From NCBI GenBank assembly GCA_031409335.1, contig JANNWY010000170.1, positions 32,001-96,000 of the forward strand: a DNA stretch of 64,000 nucleotides, read 5' to 3'. A model generated the notes under the pieces. It had not been told where the DNA came from, searched no databases, and saw only the letters and a program-made list of their open reading frames with translations. Shown here one piece after another: positions 20,618 through 30,556 of the stretch. Made by a program: the position numbers and the translations under genes. Positions within the stretch are counted from its first letter, which is position 1. Every line of letters starts with the position of its first letter. The DNA comes from Chthoniobacteraceae bacterium. GTDB lineage: Bacteria > Verrucomicrobiota > Verrucomicrobiia > Chthoniobacterales > Chthoniobacteraceae.

Positions 20618-20716
20618 GCGTCCCGGTTTCTGGAGATCGGGCGTCAAGCCAACTTGTCGCGCGAAGAAAGAAACCTCGTCGCCAAAGCCGAAAGCGCGAT
20701 TTTGAAATCCAAGTGA
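20618..20716 (+). pseudogene. Relic 3' end of a paralog of the upstream TPR gene
   Basis: 79/99 nt and 24/32 aa identical to 18708-18806, including the stop codon. Confidence 0.8.
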
Positions 20717-20773
20717 GTCGAGCCGGGTGATCACCACGTTTGCGGTCGGCCGCAGCGCGGCGGCGTTGACGCC

Positions 20774-21199
20774 CTAAAACTGATCGAGCAAATAGCGGAT
20801 CAAGTCCGTGCTCGTTACGATTCCGAGGAGCGTTTTGCCGTCGGTGTCCACGATCGGGACGGAGTGAAAATCGCCTTTCGACAACACCTCCGCGGCATCG
20901 CGGATGGACGCGGTTTTCGTCAGAGTCCTGGGCGCGGCATGCATGATTTGCTCGAGCTTCATCGTGTGATCGAGCGTCGCATCCGCCGCGCGCTGATCCG
21001 TCCCAAACGCGTCCCCGATGCTCACGCGCAAGATGTCGGAAAGGCTGATGATGCCGATGATTTCGCGACCGCTGACGACCGGAACGTGATGGATTCCCTC
21101 GTCTTGCATGAGCTTGCGCGCTTTGGAAATCGGATCGCCATGATGCACCGTGACGAGTTCAGTGATCATGATTTTGGAGACAGGTTCATTGCGTTTCAT
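20774..21199 (-). CDS. Tandem CBS-domain protein
   Basis: IHHVPVV..GIISLSD and FHSVPIV..GIVTSTD. Confidence 0.88.
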   Translation of the reverse strand: MKRNEPVSKIMITELVTVHHGDPISKARKLMQDEGIHHVPVVSGREIIGIISLSDILRVSIGDAFGTDQRAADATLDHTMKLEQIMHAAPRTLTKTASIRDAAEVLSKGDFHSVPIVDTDGKTLLGIVTSTDLIRYLLDQF

Positions 21200-21297
21200 G
21201 CCCGCAAGTTAAGCGGCCCCGCCGCGCCGCGCTCTCCAGCGGTTGTGAAACGCAGGGCGGATGTTGTGATATGCACCGTTTCCGTGGGAAATGCCGC

Positions 21298-21912
21298 TCA
21301 GTTTTTCGGCAGCAGTTTTTTCAATGCCGTCACCGCTTCCGTCCGGTCCACACCGAGACCGGCTTGTTGAAAGAGGACGTCGCCCTTGCCATTGAGCACG
21401 GTGATGAGGAGCGAATGCGCGAATTGCGTCTCCGAGCCGGGGACGTAGTTGAAACCGATGTGCGCGGCGAGTTCGCGCACGCCATCCGCATCGCCGCGCA
21501 GGAGTGTCCAGCGATCTGGGGCGAGCGAGTGTTTCGCGCGAAAGGCTTTCAGCGCCTCCAGCGAATCGCGCGCGGGATCGATGCTCGCGAGGAGGAACGT
21601 CACCTTGTCGCGCGATTTCCGCGGCAGCTTCGCTTCGATCTGTTTCATGTCCGCGACGATGATCGGGCACGAGTGCGCGCAGTTTGTGAAGAAGAGCGCG
21701 AGCACGACCGGGCGCTGGTGCAGCGCGCTGAGTTTCAGCGTTCGCCCGGTGTCGGAACGCCAGGTCGATTCCAGCCGGTAGATCGACTTTTCCGAATACT
21801 TGCCCGCAGGCAGGCCGACTTCGCAGGTGGTCTTTTGCGGCGGCGCTTCCGCCACGGCAAAGCCACGGACGGTGAGGGCGAGCAATGCGAGCAGTTTGAC
21901 GAGCGGATTCAT
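21298..21912 (-). CDS. SCO family copper-binding protein
   Basis: FFTNCAHSCP (CxxxC), SIDPARD, conserved His (FAHS). Confidence 0.88.
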   Translation of the reverse strand: MNPLVKLLALLALTVRGFAVAEAPPQKTTCEVGLPAGKYSEKSIYRLESTWRSDTGRTLKLSALHQRPVVLALFFTNCAHSCPIIVADMKQIEAKLPRKSRDKVTFLLASIDPARDSLEALKAFRAKHSLAPDRWTLLRGDADGVRELAAHIGFNYVPGSETQFAHSLLITVLNGKGDVLFQQAGLGVDRTEAVTALKKLLPKN

Positions 21913-22010
21913 GATTGCTGAATACAGCGTCCCGACGCCGACGCTGCCCGCGCGTTGGCAAAGCGTGCGCCTTCCTTGTCGTGCCGGATGATTGCCGATT
22001 CACCTTCGCT

Positions 22011-22145
22011 CGTTGCGTTCGCCCGGCATTTGCGGAAAGGTCCGCGCCTTCCAATGCTCGCCGAGATCCAGCGCCGCCGCACGTTTGCCATCATTTCGCA
22101 TCCCGATGCGGGGAAGACCACGCTCACCGAAAAGCTCCTGCTTTA
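22011..22145 (+). repeat. Direct repeat copy 1: truncated prfC 5' end (43 nt leader + 30 codons, then TAA)
   Basis: 133/135 identical to 24802-24936. Encodes [30 protein letters not shown]. Confidence 0.92.
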
Positions 22146-24602
22146 AGCATGCTCGCGGTGGATGCGCCGGAGGCGGAAAAGGCCGAGGGTAGCGAGCCCG
22201 AGGATCGGGAGCGATGCTGGCTCGGGGACGGAGGTGAAGGTGACGTTGACGGATCGCGTCGCGCCTGTCGTGACAGTGAAGGTGCCGCTCCAGCCGGCGG
22301 CTGCCGCGGCGGGCGCGATTCCGAAGTTGGAGACAACGAGGTTGGTAGAAGATGGAACTTCCAATACTCGATAACTGATGCTGGTCGCGGTGCCGCCCAG
22401 ATCATGGAAATCGAAGAGAATGGGGGCGTTGCCTGAAACAAAACCGCTCGCCGGGTCGGTCACGGTCCACATGTCGCGAGCGGTGGAGCCGAGATCGTAA
22501 CGGACCGTGAGCGCGGAGCCTGCAAAAAGCGAAAACGAATTCACGGCGAGCGCGGCAGCTACCGAACCCCCGATGTCCAAAGTATCGGCGCTTTGCAGTG
22601 AGAGACTGGACAGTGTGCCATCGATGAGCAGGGAGCCACCCATGAGATTCGCCTGTCCCGAGGTGGCGTTAGGAAGGGCGAGCGTCCCTTCGGAGACGAA
22701 CACCGGGCCTTTCGCCGGATTGAGCAACGTGAGGGTGCCGGCTCCAGTCTTATCAATGCCGCTGAGATTCGCGCCGGAGAGGGCCACATCGAAGCCGCCA
22801 GTATCGATCTGGCCGATGAGTTCGGTGCCACGGGTGAGGTTCTTGGCGGAACTGAAGGATTGCGCGGCTTTCAGCGTGCCACCGTTGAACTCAATGGCGG
22901 AGCCATTGCCGAGATTGGCATCGGAAGAGACGATGAGAGTGCCTTGATTGATCGCCGTGACGCCGGTGTACGTATTCACGCCGCTGAGCGTCAACGCTCC
23001 GGCGCCGCTCTTGATGAGCGCGCTGCTTCCGACCGCCTCGCCGATGCTGGAGGCGATGGTGAGATCGTTGCGAGTGGTGACGATCAACTCCGCGCCGCCG
23101 GCACGAAGCACGCCATTTTCGATCCGGCCCGCGGCGTTGCCGCTCGAAAGCACGCCGCCTTCACTCAGGGTGAGCATATTGGGGGCGCCGAGATCGATGG
23201 CCGCGACCGCAGCGTCGTTATTTTGAAAATTGAGCGTAGCGCGCGTGGCCGTGGCGGCGAGTGCGGTGCTGCCACCGACGATCTTCACATGAGCGGTGGG
23301 AGCGGCGGTATTCAGATCGCTCGCATACACGGCCAGCGGGCTGGCAAATCCATCCGCGCCAGTCACGGCCCAATCCGTGCCCACGGTAACGTGACTACCT
23401 ACAATGCCCGTGACGCCGTTCGCCAGGCCCGTCCACCCAATGCGACCGTTCCCGATGAGATCGAGCGTGCCGTGGTTCTGTCGCACGGCGCCGGCGAAGG
23501 TTAGCGAGGCAAGCGCGCCCGGCTGATTGGTACTAATGACGGTAGCTCCCGAGAACTGCAAAGGGCCTGCCTGCTCCGCGATGGCTGTCGTGCTATGCCC
23601 GATGAACTCGAACCGTCCACCCTTGATTGTTACGTCCAGCGAATCGGAAAGACGGTTGCTGTTTGCGACCGCGGTACTATCCAGCCGAAGCGTGCCATAG
23701 GTGGATACAAACATGGCGGAATTAAGCGCTGAGCCGTTGCCGGAGAACTCGACGCTCCCGAGCGCGATGGTGGTCGGGCCGGAGTAGGTGTTGGCATTCG
23801 TCAGAATCTGCGTGCCCAGGTTAGTGGGCCGCGCCCGAATCAGGACGTCTGTTCCGGAGGTAATGCGCGTAAAATCATTTCCGGTGAGAAGATCGAACGC
23901 CAGTTTTCCGGCGCCGTTATCCTGAATGACGCCTCCGAAGGTGCCCGACTCACGAATCGTCGCCTCTACGGTGCGGGCCTGTCCATCCGGTCGGAGAATG
24001 CCACCGGAGGAACCGCCGCCCGAGAGCGATTGCAGGAAAACGTCATCCCGAATTCGTCCCAGTGTTAGCATCACTCCCGGAGCATCGGCGAGTGTAGTCC
24101 GCGGTATGGGTGTGCCTGTCGCCCCTCCAGCCACATACTCGCCCGCGTTGACGCGGAGGTTTAAGATTGAGACAACGCCGCTCACCGTGAGGGCCGCGGT
24201 GCCCTCTTTCACCAGCGTCGCGTTGGCTCCTGCAAGGGGCGAACTGATCGTGGCGGCTTGATTGGCAGTGACGGTCAGGGTAGTGCCTGGCGTCCTCACT
24301 GTGCCGCTCCGAATTGTGTAACCGGGGACATCGAATGTCAGTCCCGTCGCTATGACGCCGTCAAAACGAACGTTTACGAATCCGCCCGTGCCAGAAAAGA
24401 ACGCCACGCCATTATTCCACGGCACGTTATTGGTGCCATTCCACCAATTGGCAGTGAAGGCATTCCATTCGCCAGAACCGCCCGCGCCGCCCGGCCCCCA
24501 AATTAACTGCGCGGAAACTGGCTCCGCAACCGCACCAGCGAAGGCGAAAAACAATGCGAGGCGGGTGCCGCGATGATGGAAAGTGCGCGCTGCGATTTTC
24601 AT
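22143..24602 (-). CDS. Autotransporter-associated beta-strand repeat protein with PEP-CTERM
   Basis: [28 protein letters not shown] repeats, C-terminal [22 protein letters not shown]. Start may be 24650. Confidence 0.85.
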   Translation of the reverse strand: MKIAARTFHHRGTRLALFFAFAGAVAEPVSAQLIWGPGGAGGSGEWNAFTANWWNGTNNVPWNNGVAFFSGTGGFVNVRFDGVIATGLTFDVPGYTIRSGTVRTPGTTLTVTANQAATISSPLAGANATLVKEGTAALTVSGVVSILNLRVNAGEYVAGGATGTPIPRTTLADAPGVMLTLGRIRDDVFLQSLSGGGSSGGILRPDGQARTVEATIRESGTFGGVIQDNGAGKLAFDLLTGNDFTRITSGTDVLIRARPTNLGTQILTNANTYSGPTTIALGSVEFSGNGSALNSAMFVSTYGTLRLDSTAVANSNRLSDSLDVTIKGGRFEFIGHSTTAIAEQAGPLQFSGATVISTNQPGALASLTFAGAVRQNHGTLDLIGNGRIGWTGLANGVTGIVGSHVTVGTDWAVTGADGFASPLAVYASDLNTAAPTAHVKIVGGSTALAATATRATLNFQNNDAAVAAIDLGAPNMLTLSEGGVLSSGNAAGRIENGVLRAGGAELIVTTRNDLTIASSIGEAVGSSALIKSGAGALTLSGVNTYTGVTAINQGTLIVSSDANLGNGSAIEFNGGTLKAAQSFSSAKNLTRGTELIGQIDTGGFDVALSGANLSGIDKTGAGTLTLLNPAKGPVFVSEGTLALPNATSGQANLMGGSLLIDGTLSSLSLQSADTLDIGGSVAAALAVNSFSLFAGSALTVRYDLGSTARDMWTVTDPASGFVSGNAPILFDFHDLGGTATSISYRVLEVPSSTNLVVSNFGIAPAAAAAGWSGTFTVTTGATRSVNVTFTSVPEPASLPILGLATLGLFRLRRIHREHA

Positions 24603-24801
24603 GGGAGGAACAAAAGCGGGTGGAAGATGGAGTTTGTGAATAGCGATCATCGTAATTGAGCTTATGGGGTCGGTCAAAAGGTCGATCGCGTGCGTCTGCG
24701 CATTCTCGTCCGCATTCTCGATGAAGCCGCCCGTAGTGGCCAATCGGGAAGCGGCGCGTTCCACCTCGTGTGCTCGCGTCCGTCGCGCGCCGGGTTTCCC
24801 C

Positions 24802-24936
24802 CGTTGCGTTCGCCCGGCATTTGCGGAAAGGTCCGCGCCTGCCAATGCTCGCCGAGATCCAGCGCCGCCGCACGTTTGCCATCATTTCGCATCCCGATGC
24901 GGGGAAAACCACGCTCACCGAAAAGCTCCTGCTTTA
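24802..24936 (+). repeat. Direct repeat copy 2: functional prfC 5' end
   Basis: Matches 22011-22145. Confidence 0.92.
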
Positions 24937-26404
24937 CGGTGGCGCGGTGCAGCTCGCGGGCACGGTAACGGCGCGGAAAAATGCGCGCGCGACGACTTCG
25001 GACTGGATGGAACTGGAGCGCAAACGCGGTATTTCGATCTCGAGCACGGTGCTGCAATTCGACTACGACGGCTACCGCGTGAACCTGCTGGATACGCCGG
25101 GTCACAAGGATTTTTCCGAAGACACGTATCGCGTGCTGACGGCGGTGGATGCAGTCGTGATGGTGATCGACGCGGGCAAAGGCATCGAGGCGCAGACGCG
25201 CAAACTTTTCGAGGTCTGCCGCCGCCGGGGCGTGCCGATTTTCACGTTCATGAACAAGTGCGACCGACCCACGCGCGATCCGCTCTCGCTGCTCGATGAA
25301 CTCGAAAGTGTGCTCGGCATCGGCGCATTCGCGGTGAACTGGCCGCTCGGCAACGGCCCCACTTTTCGCGGCCTCTACGATCGCCAGACGAAGGACGTGC
25401 ATCTCTTCGAGCGTACCGTCCACGGCGCTTACCGCGCGCCCGAGCAGGTGGCCGATCTCAGCGATCCGCTGGTGAAGGACAAGTTGGATGCCGACGACTA
25501 CGCGCGCGCCGTCGAGGAGCTGGAGATGCTCGAAATCGCGGGCGTGGATTACGATGGGGCGGCGGTCCATGCGGGAACGCAGACGCCCGTCTTTTTCGGC
25601 AGCGCCGCGAACAATTTCGGCGTGCAGCTTCTCCTCGACGCCTTCCTGCAACGCAGCCTGCCGCCGCAAACGCGCGCGAATGTGCCGCTCGACGGTCCGT
25701 TCAGCGGCTTCGTTTTCAAAATCCAGGCGAACATGGACCCGCGCCATCGCGACCGCATCGCGTTCCTGCGCATCTGCTCGGGCCACTTCGAGCGCGACAT
25801 GAATGTGATCCACGCGCGCACCGGAAAAAAAGTCCGCCTCGCCAGCGCGCACAAACTTTTCGGGCAGGATCGCGAGACGATCGACGATGCGTTCGCGGGT
25901 GATGTCATCGGCCTCGTCGGGCATTCCGAATTCGGAATAGGAGACACGCTCACCGTTGATCCTGGCATCCAGTTCAGCGAAATCCCGCGCTTTCCGCCGG
26001 AGTGTTTCGCGTATCTGCACAACCCGAATCCCGGCAAGTTCAAACAGTTCCGCCAGGGCCTCGAACAGCTCCTGCAGGAAGGCGTCGTGCAGGTCTTCGA
26101 GCTGCGCGATTCCGTGCAAAAAATCCCGCTCCTCGCCGCCGTCGGCCCGCTGCAATTCGAGGTCGTGCAATACCGTCTCGAAAGCGAATACGGCGCGCCG
26201 AGCACGCTCGAAGTCGCCAGTTGGCAATCCTTCCGCTGGCTTGCCGCTGGCACCGATACGACCGCGCTAAAACTCCCCACCGGCTGCCGCCTCGCCTACG
26301 ATTCCACCGGCCAGCCCGGCATCCTTTTCCCAAACGCGTGGACACAGAAATATTTCGCCGAGCAAAATCCGGGAGCGGTTTTGCAGGAACTGCCGACGGC
26401 GTAA
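24845..26404 (+). CDS. prfC: Peptide chain release factor 3
   Basis: [48 protein letters not shown]. Confidence 0.97.
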   Translation: MLAEIQRRRTFAIISHPDAGKTTLTEKLLLYGGAVQLAGTVTARKNARATTSDWMELERKRGISISSTVLQFDYDGYRVNLLDTPGHKDFSEDTYRVLTAVDAVVMVIDAGKGIEAQTRKLFEVCRRRGVPIFTFMNKCDRPTRDPLSLLDELESVLGIGAFAVNWPLGNGPTFRGLYDRQTKDVHLFERTVHGAYRAPEQVADLSDPLVKDKLDADDYARAVEELEMLEIAGVDYDGAAVHAGTQTPVFFGSAANNFGVQLLLDAFLQRSLPPQTRANVPLDGPFSGFVFKIQANMDPRHRDRIAFLRICSGHFERDMNVIHARTGKKVRLASAHKLFGQDRETIDDAFAGDVIGLVGHSEFGIGDTLTVDPGIQFSEIPRFPPECFAYLHNPNPGKFKQFRQGLEQLLQEGVVQVFELRDSVQKIPLLAAVGPLQFEVVQYRLESEYGAPSTLEVASWQSFRWLAAGTDTTALKLPTGCRLAYDSTGQPGILFPNAWTQKYFAEQNPGAVLQELPTA

Positions 26405-26478
26405 CGGTCGGTGGCGGGAGGTTTTTAGAATGCCCAACTTGCGGCATTGGGGAGCCGTTCTAAGTTGGCTGGCTTTTT

Positions 26479-29400
26479 ATGCACCGTCGTCCCCTCATTT
26501 TCATTGGCGCGCTCGCGTCGCTTGCCGCCAGTGCTTTTTCACAGGAGGCGATGCTTCAGTATTTCAACACGTCGTGGAAAGAGATCGAGCGGCGCATCCC
26601 GGAAGTCGCCGAGGCGGGCTACACTTCGCTCTGGCTGCCGCCGCCGTCGAAGGGCAGCTCAGGCGGATTTTCGGTCGGCTACGATCCGCTCGATCGCTTC
26701 GATCTCGGCGATAAAAATCAGGCGGGTGGCGTGGCGACGCGCTACGGGACGAAGGCGGATTTGCTGCGGCTGGTCGAGGTCGCGCAGCGGTTCGGACTGC
26801 GCGTGTATTTCGACAACGTGATGGCGCACAACGCGGGGCCGCTCGACAACGTCGCGCCGGGCACGCTTTTCCCCGGCGTCCCGGGCTTCGTGCCGGAGGA
26901 TTTTCATCTCGTGAAAAAGCCGGGCGGCGGCTGGAAGAAGGCGAGCGACAGCATCAACTACAACGACGAGTGGCAGGTGCTGAATCGCAATCCGTTCGCG
27001 TGGGACATCGCGCTGGAGGACTTCGCACCGAATACGCCACCGTACTGGAATACGAGCTTCGATCCGGTCGGGCAGGCGGAGGATACCAACTACGCGAAAT
27101 GGGTCGGCATCCGCCATCCCGGCAAGACCTGGCTTTATCCCGACACCAATCTCCCCGGCGTGACCGATGCGAATGGCATCGTGTTTCGCCCGTTCGCCGA
27201 CAAGGAGCCGTATGTGGACGCGAATGGGAATGGGCGCTTCGACTGGACGGACACAGTAATTGTGAACGGCCAGCACGATGCGGGGGAAGCGAGCGAGGCT
27301 TTCACCGACACGGGCGTCGATCCGACCGTGCCCGCGCACCAGGTCGCGGCGTGGGGTTTCGGCGACGGGCGCTACAATATGGGCAATCCCGTGGCCGAGG
27401 ATGTGAACAACATGCTCATCCGCTCGATCCGCTGGACGATCGACCAGACGGGCTGCGACGGTTTCCGGCTCGATGCCGTGAAGCATGTGCCGAGTTATTT
27501 CTTCGGCCTGCAAAGCGGGAGCAAGGATTCATCGAGCGCGGGTTATTTGGGAAATGCGCAGGCGCAATTCAACCTGACGCGCGGCTTCACCGACTGGTCG
27601 AATCATCGCAACTCCTCGTACTCCACGCGGATCGTGCGCGATGACCTGCTGCTCTTCGGCGAGCACCTCGGCGCACCGCCGAATCCGAACGATTATGTCG
27701 ACGCCGGGATGCGCATCGCGAACGACACCTTCGCGAACAACATCGGCGGCTTCAGCGGCATCGGCTCGAGCATGGTCGGGCTGGATGCGCCGGGTGCATC
27801 CACCTTCGGCGTGGATAACGGGATGATGTATTGCCTGAGCCACGACAACAATTACATGGCCGGCAGCGAGCGCCCCGCCGCGCATCAATACATGCTCACG
27901 CGCGCGGGCGTGCCGATCGTTTATACCGACGGCTACAACATCGCGGGCGGTCCCGATTTTTTTCCAAAGCCGGCCTACATCCCGTTTCTCGGGCAATACG
28001 ATCAGACTTACATCACCGGCGCGCTGCCGGTGCGGCGCGATTTCATGCGCGGCGATCAAATCGCGAAGTGGTCCTCGCAAAATTTCTGCGCGTGGGAATT
28101 TCGCGACAAAAGCGAGAACGCTGGCATGTCCGACGCGGACGGGACGACGGTCGTGGTGATGCACGCGCGGAATTACGTGGCCGGTCAGCAGATGCTGTTT
28201 GGCACCACGTTCCCGGCCGGTGCGCGGCTGCAAAATTACTCGCCGTTTAATGGCGGCTTCCACGCGACGGTCGGCGGCGACGGTCGGCTGCGCGGCGATG
28301 GCGATCCGAATCCCGTGATCGTCCCGACCGGCGGCTACTTCGCTTTTTCCTACGATCTGCCGGAACTGCCCACCGTGTGGAGCGGCTCCTCAAAAGTTCA
28401 CGCCATCGACATTCTCGAAAATGGCGTGCTCGTGCCGACGATCGGCGTGCTGCGCAAGGACGGCGCGAACGGCGACGCGGGATACCAGTACACCGCGCAA
28501 ATCCCGCTCGTGCGCAGCGGCGCGAACCTGCGTTTCACCGCGCGCGCCGATGGCTCGGCGGCAAATTTGCTGATGAAGCTCGATGGCGGGACCGATCTGA
28601 ATTCGCAGATGGGCGCGGGTTTTCCGACGGGCCGCGACAATCCGCCGGGCACCGCGCGCGATACTTTCCTCGGCTACGAGCAGATGCGGTTCGTGCATCG
28701 CACGACGGAAAAATTCGCCGCGCGACTGATTACCTCGCCCGCGCGCGACATCATCGGCTCGGTCGGCGCTGAGAATTGGCAGTGCGCGATCGGCACCGCC
28801 GGTTTCACCCGCATCGACGGCAGCGGCGTGAGCACGGACACGGACACGGCGGATTGGGTCTTTCACAATCCCACCGCCGCCGACATCGACGGCTCCGCGC
28901 AGACGCAGTTTTTCCCCGCGCCCGCCGCCGCCGCCGGGCAACCGATCAGCGTGTGGGTGAAAGTCGGCTACAAGGCCGACGACATCACGGACGCGTGGCT
29001 CTACTACACGACCGACGGCGCGACGTATCCCGAAGGCAGCGTGGGTCAGGGCCGCGGGACGACGCAGACCGTCGCGCTCGCGTTCGATCGCGATGGCGCG
29101 GCGGATGGCAGCGGCACGCCGGAGTGGTGGCGCGGCACGATCCCCGCGCTGCCCGCCGCGACGGTGCTGCGCTACAAGATCGGCGTCCACAAAACCGATG
29201 CCGCGAACCGCTTTCCCACGAACGCGGATCAGATCGAGAAGAAGCAGAAAATGGACACGATGTATGAGGTCGCGAATTTCAACGCGACGACCTGCACCGT
29301 GTATCCGCACAACGATCTCGGCGCGCGGCGCACGGGACTCGCGGAGGGTTTTCATGTGCTGCGGACGCGCGCGTTTTTGTCGCGCATTGGCCAGGCGTCG

Positions 29401-30549
29401 ATCTTCAAAACGAACACGCAGACTTTTTACTACGACACCCAGCGCCCGGCTGGCGCGGTGCTTTTCCCGACTGAAAACGCGACCATCGGCGGCACGACTT
29501 ACGGCTGCGTGGTGGCGACCGATGCGAGCGTGACCGGCGTGCAATTCAACATCCTCGACTCGAACGCGGGGAACGATTCCGCCCCGAATGGCAACGGCGC
29601 GAGCAACTGGGCCGCAGCCACCGAGGTCACGCCCTCGCAACTCGGCGCGACCGGCTACGTGCGCGAGTGGCGCTTTGATTACAAAAACATTCCGGCCAGC
29701 GGTGCCGCGATCGTGAACGTGCGGCTGCGCGAGGCATCGTCCTCCGCGAACAATGCGCTCGACGACACGACCGGCTGGTTCACGACGCTGGAGCGCAACC
29801 TCAACACCGGCTCGACGGTGAATTATCGCATCCAATTCCCGACGACGGACGGCACCGTGGTGGACTCGAACTACATTGGAAAAGTGTATTTCAACAAGAG
29901 CCTCGCCACCGGCATCTCCGCCGCGCAGATGGTGAGTGAATTCACGATCACCGTCGATGACGTGCTCCTCCCGCGCGCCGGCTACGTCTTCATCGCGAAC
30001 GAAACCGCGAACGAAAGCGCGATGTCGTTCCACTTCCCAAATCTCTACACCGGCAACCCCGACGACCTCCACGAACTCCGCGCCACGCACCAGCGCGCCG
30101 ACATTTCCCTCACCGACACGCGCCTCGTCAAAGCCGCCCCCGGCGCGATCGTCGATAGCGACGGCGATGGCCTGCCGGATTATTGGGAGAATCAAAACAG
30201 CCTCGATCCGAACAACCCGGATGGCATCGAAGGCGACGACGGCGACCCCGACGCCGACGGCGTTTCCAACAAACTCGAATTCCTCGCCGACCTGAATCCG
30301 AACGATCCGCTGGAAGGCATCATCGCGGTGACGCCGCTCATTTCCAAAAACGGCGCAACCTGGCGCCTGCAACTGCGCACGATCCCAAACCGCCGCTACC
30401 AAATCGAAAAAAGCGCCGACCTGCTCTCGGGCTGGTCGAATGCGGGCGCGAGCTTCACGGTTCCAACGGCGAACCCCGCTTACCAGTGGAACGATCCCGC
30501 GCCTGACCCGACGAAACGCTTCTACCGCGCGCGGATCAGCCTGCCATAA
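26479..30549 (+). CDS. Secreted multidomain GH13 (alpha-amylase family) protein with Ca-binding DxDGDG repeats
   Basis: SVGYDPLDRFDLG, GFRLDAVKHV (nucleophile), FGEH, SHDNN, C-terminal DSDGDGLPDYWE and ...KRFYRARI. Confidence 0.85.
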   Translation: MHRRPLIFIGALASLAASAFSQEAMLQYFNTSWKEIERRIPEVAEAGYTSLWLPPPSKGSSGGFSVGYDPLDRFDLGDKNQAGGVATRYGTKADLLRLVEVAQRFGLRVYFDNVMAHNAGPLDNVAPGTLFPGVPGFVPEDFHLVKKPGGGWKKASDSINYNDEWQVLNRNPFAWDIALEDFAPNTPPYWNTSFDPVGQAEDTNYAKWVGIRHPGKTWLYPDTNLPGVTDANGIVFRPFADKEPYVDANGNGRFDWTDTVIVNGQHDAGEASEAFTDTGVDPTVPAHQVAAWGFGDGRYNMGNPVAEDVNNMLIRSIRWTIDQTGCDGFRLDAVKHVPSYFFGLQSGSKDSSSAGYLGNAQAQFNLTRGFTDWSNHRNSSYSTRIVRDDLLLFGEHLGAPPNPNDYVDAGMRIANDTFANNIGGFSGIGSSMVGLDAPGASTFGVDNGMMYCLSHDNNYMAGSERPAAHQYMLTRAGVPIVYTDGYNIAGGPDFFPKPAYIPFLGQYDQTYITGALPVRRDFMRGDQIAKWSSQNFCAWEFRDKSENAGMSDADGTTVVVMHARNYVAGQQMLFGTTFPAGARLQNYSPFNGGFHATVGGDGRLRGDGDPNPVIVPTGGYFAFSYDLPELPTVWSGSSKVHAIDILENGVLVPTIGVLRKDGANGDAGYQYTAQIPLVRSGANLRFTARADGSAANLLMKLDGGTDLNSQMGAGFPTGRDNPPGTARDTFLGYEQMRFVHRTTEKFAARLITSPARDIIGSVGAENWQCAIGTAGFTRIDGSGVSTDTDTADWVFHNPTAADIDGSAQTQFFPAPAAAAGQPISVWVKVGYKADDITDAWLYYTTDGATYPEGSVGQGRGTTQTVALAFDRDGAADGSGTPEWWRGTIPALPAATVLRYKIGVHKTDAANRFPTNADQIEKKQKMDTMYEVANFNATTCTVYPHNDLGARRTGLAEGFHVLRTRAFLSRIGQASIFKTNTQTFYYDTQRPAGAVLFPTENATIGGTTYGCVVATDASVTGVQFNILDSNAGNDSAPNGNGASNWAAATEVTPSQLGATGYVREWRFDYKNIPASGAAIVNVRLREASSSANNALDDTTGWFTTLERNLNTGSTVNYRIQFPTTDGTVVDSNYIGKVYFNKSLATGISAAQMVSEFTITVDDVLLPRAGYVFIANETANESAMSFHFPNLYTGNPDDLHELRATHQRADISLTDTRLVKAAPGAIVDSDGDGLPDYWENQNSLDPNNPDGIEGDDGDPDADGVSNKLEFLADLNPNDPLEGIIAVTPLISKNGATWRLQLRTIPNRRYQIEKSADLLSGWSNAGASFTVPTANPAYQWNDPAPDPTKRFYRARISLP

Positions 30550-30556
30550 GGCGCAC

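Noticed and set aside
21957..21972. Sigma-54-like site upstream of the SCO gene (AGGC-N7-TTGC)
   Set aside because: Spacing is right but the -24 match is weak, so it could arise by chance in GC-rich DNA.
22011..24936. SXT/R391-type ICE or prophage at prfC
   Set aside because: No integrase, excisionase or transfer genes, and only 2.8 kb.
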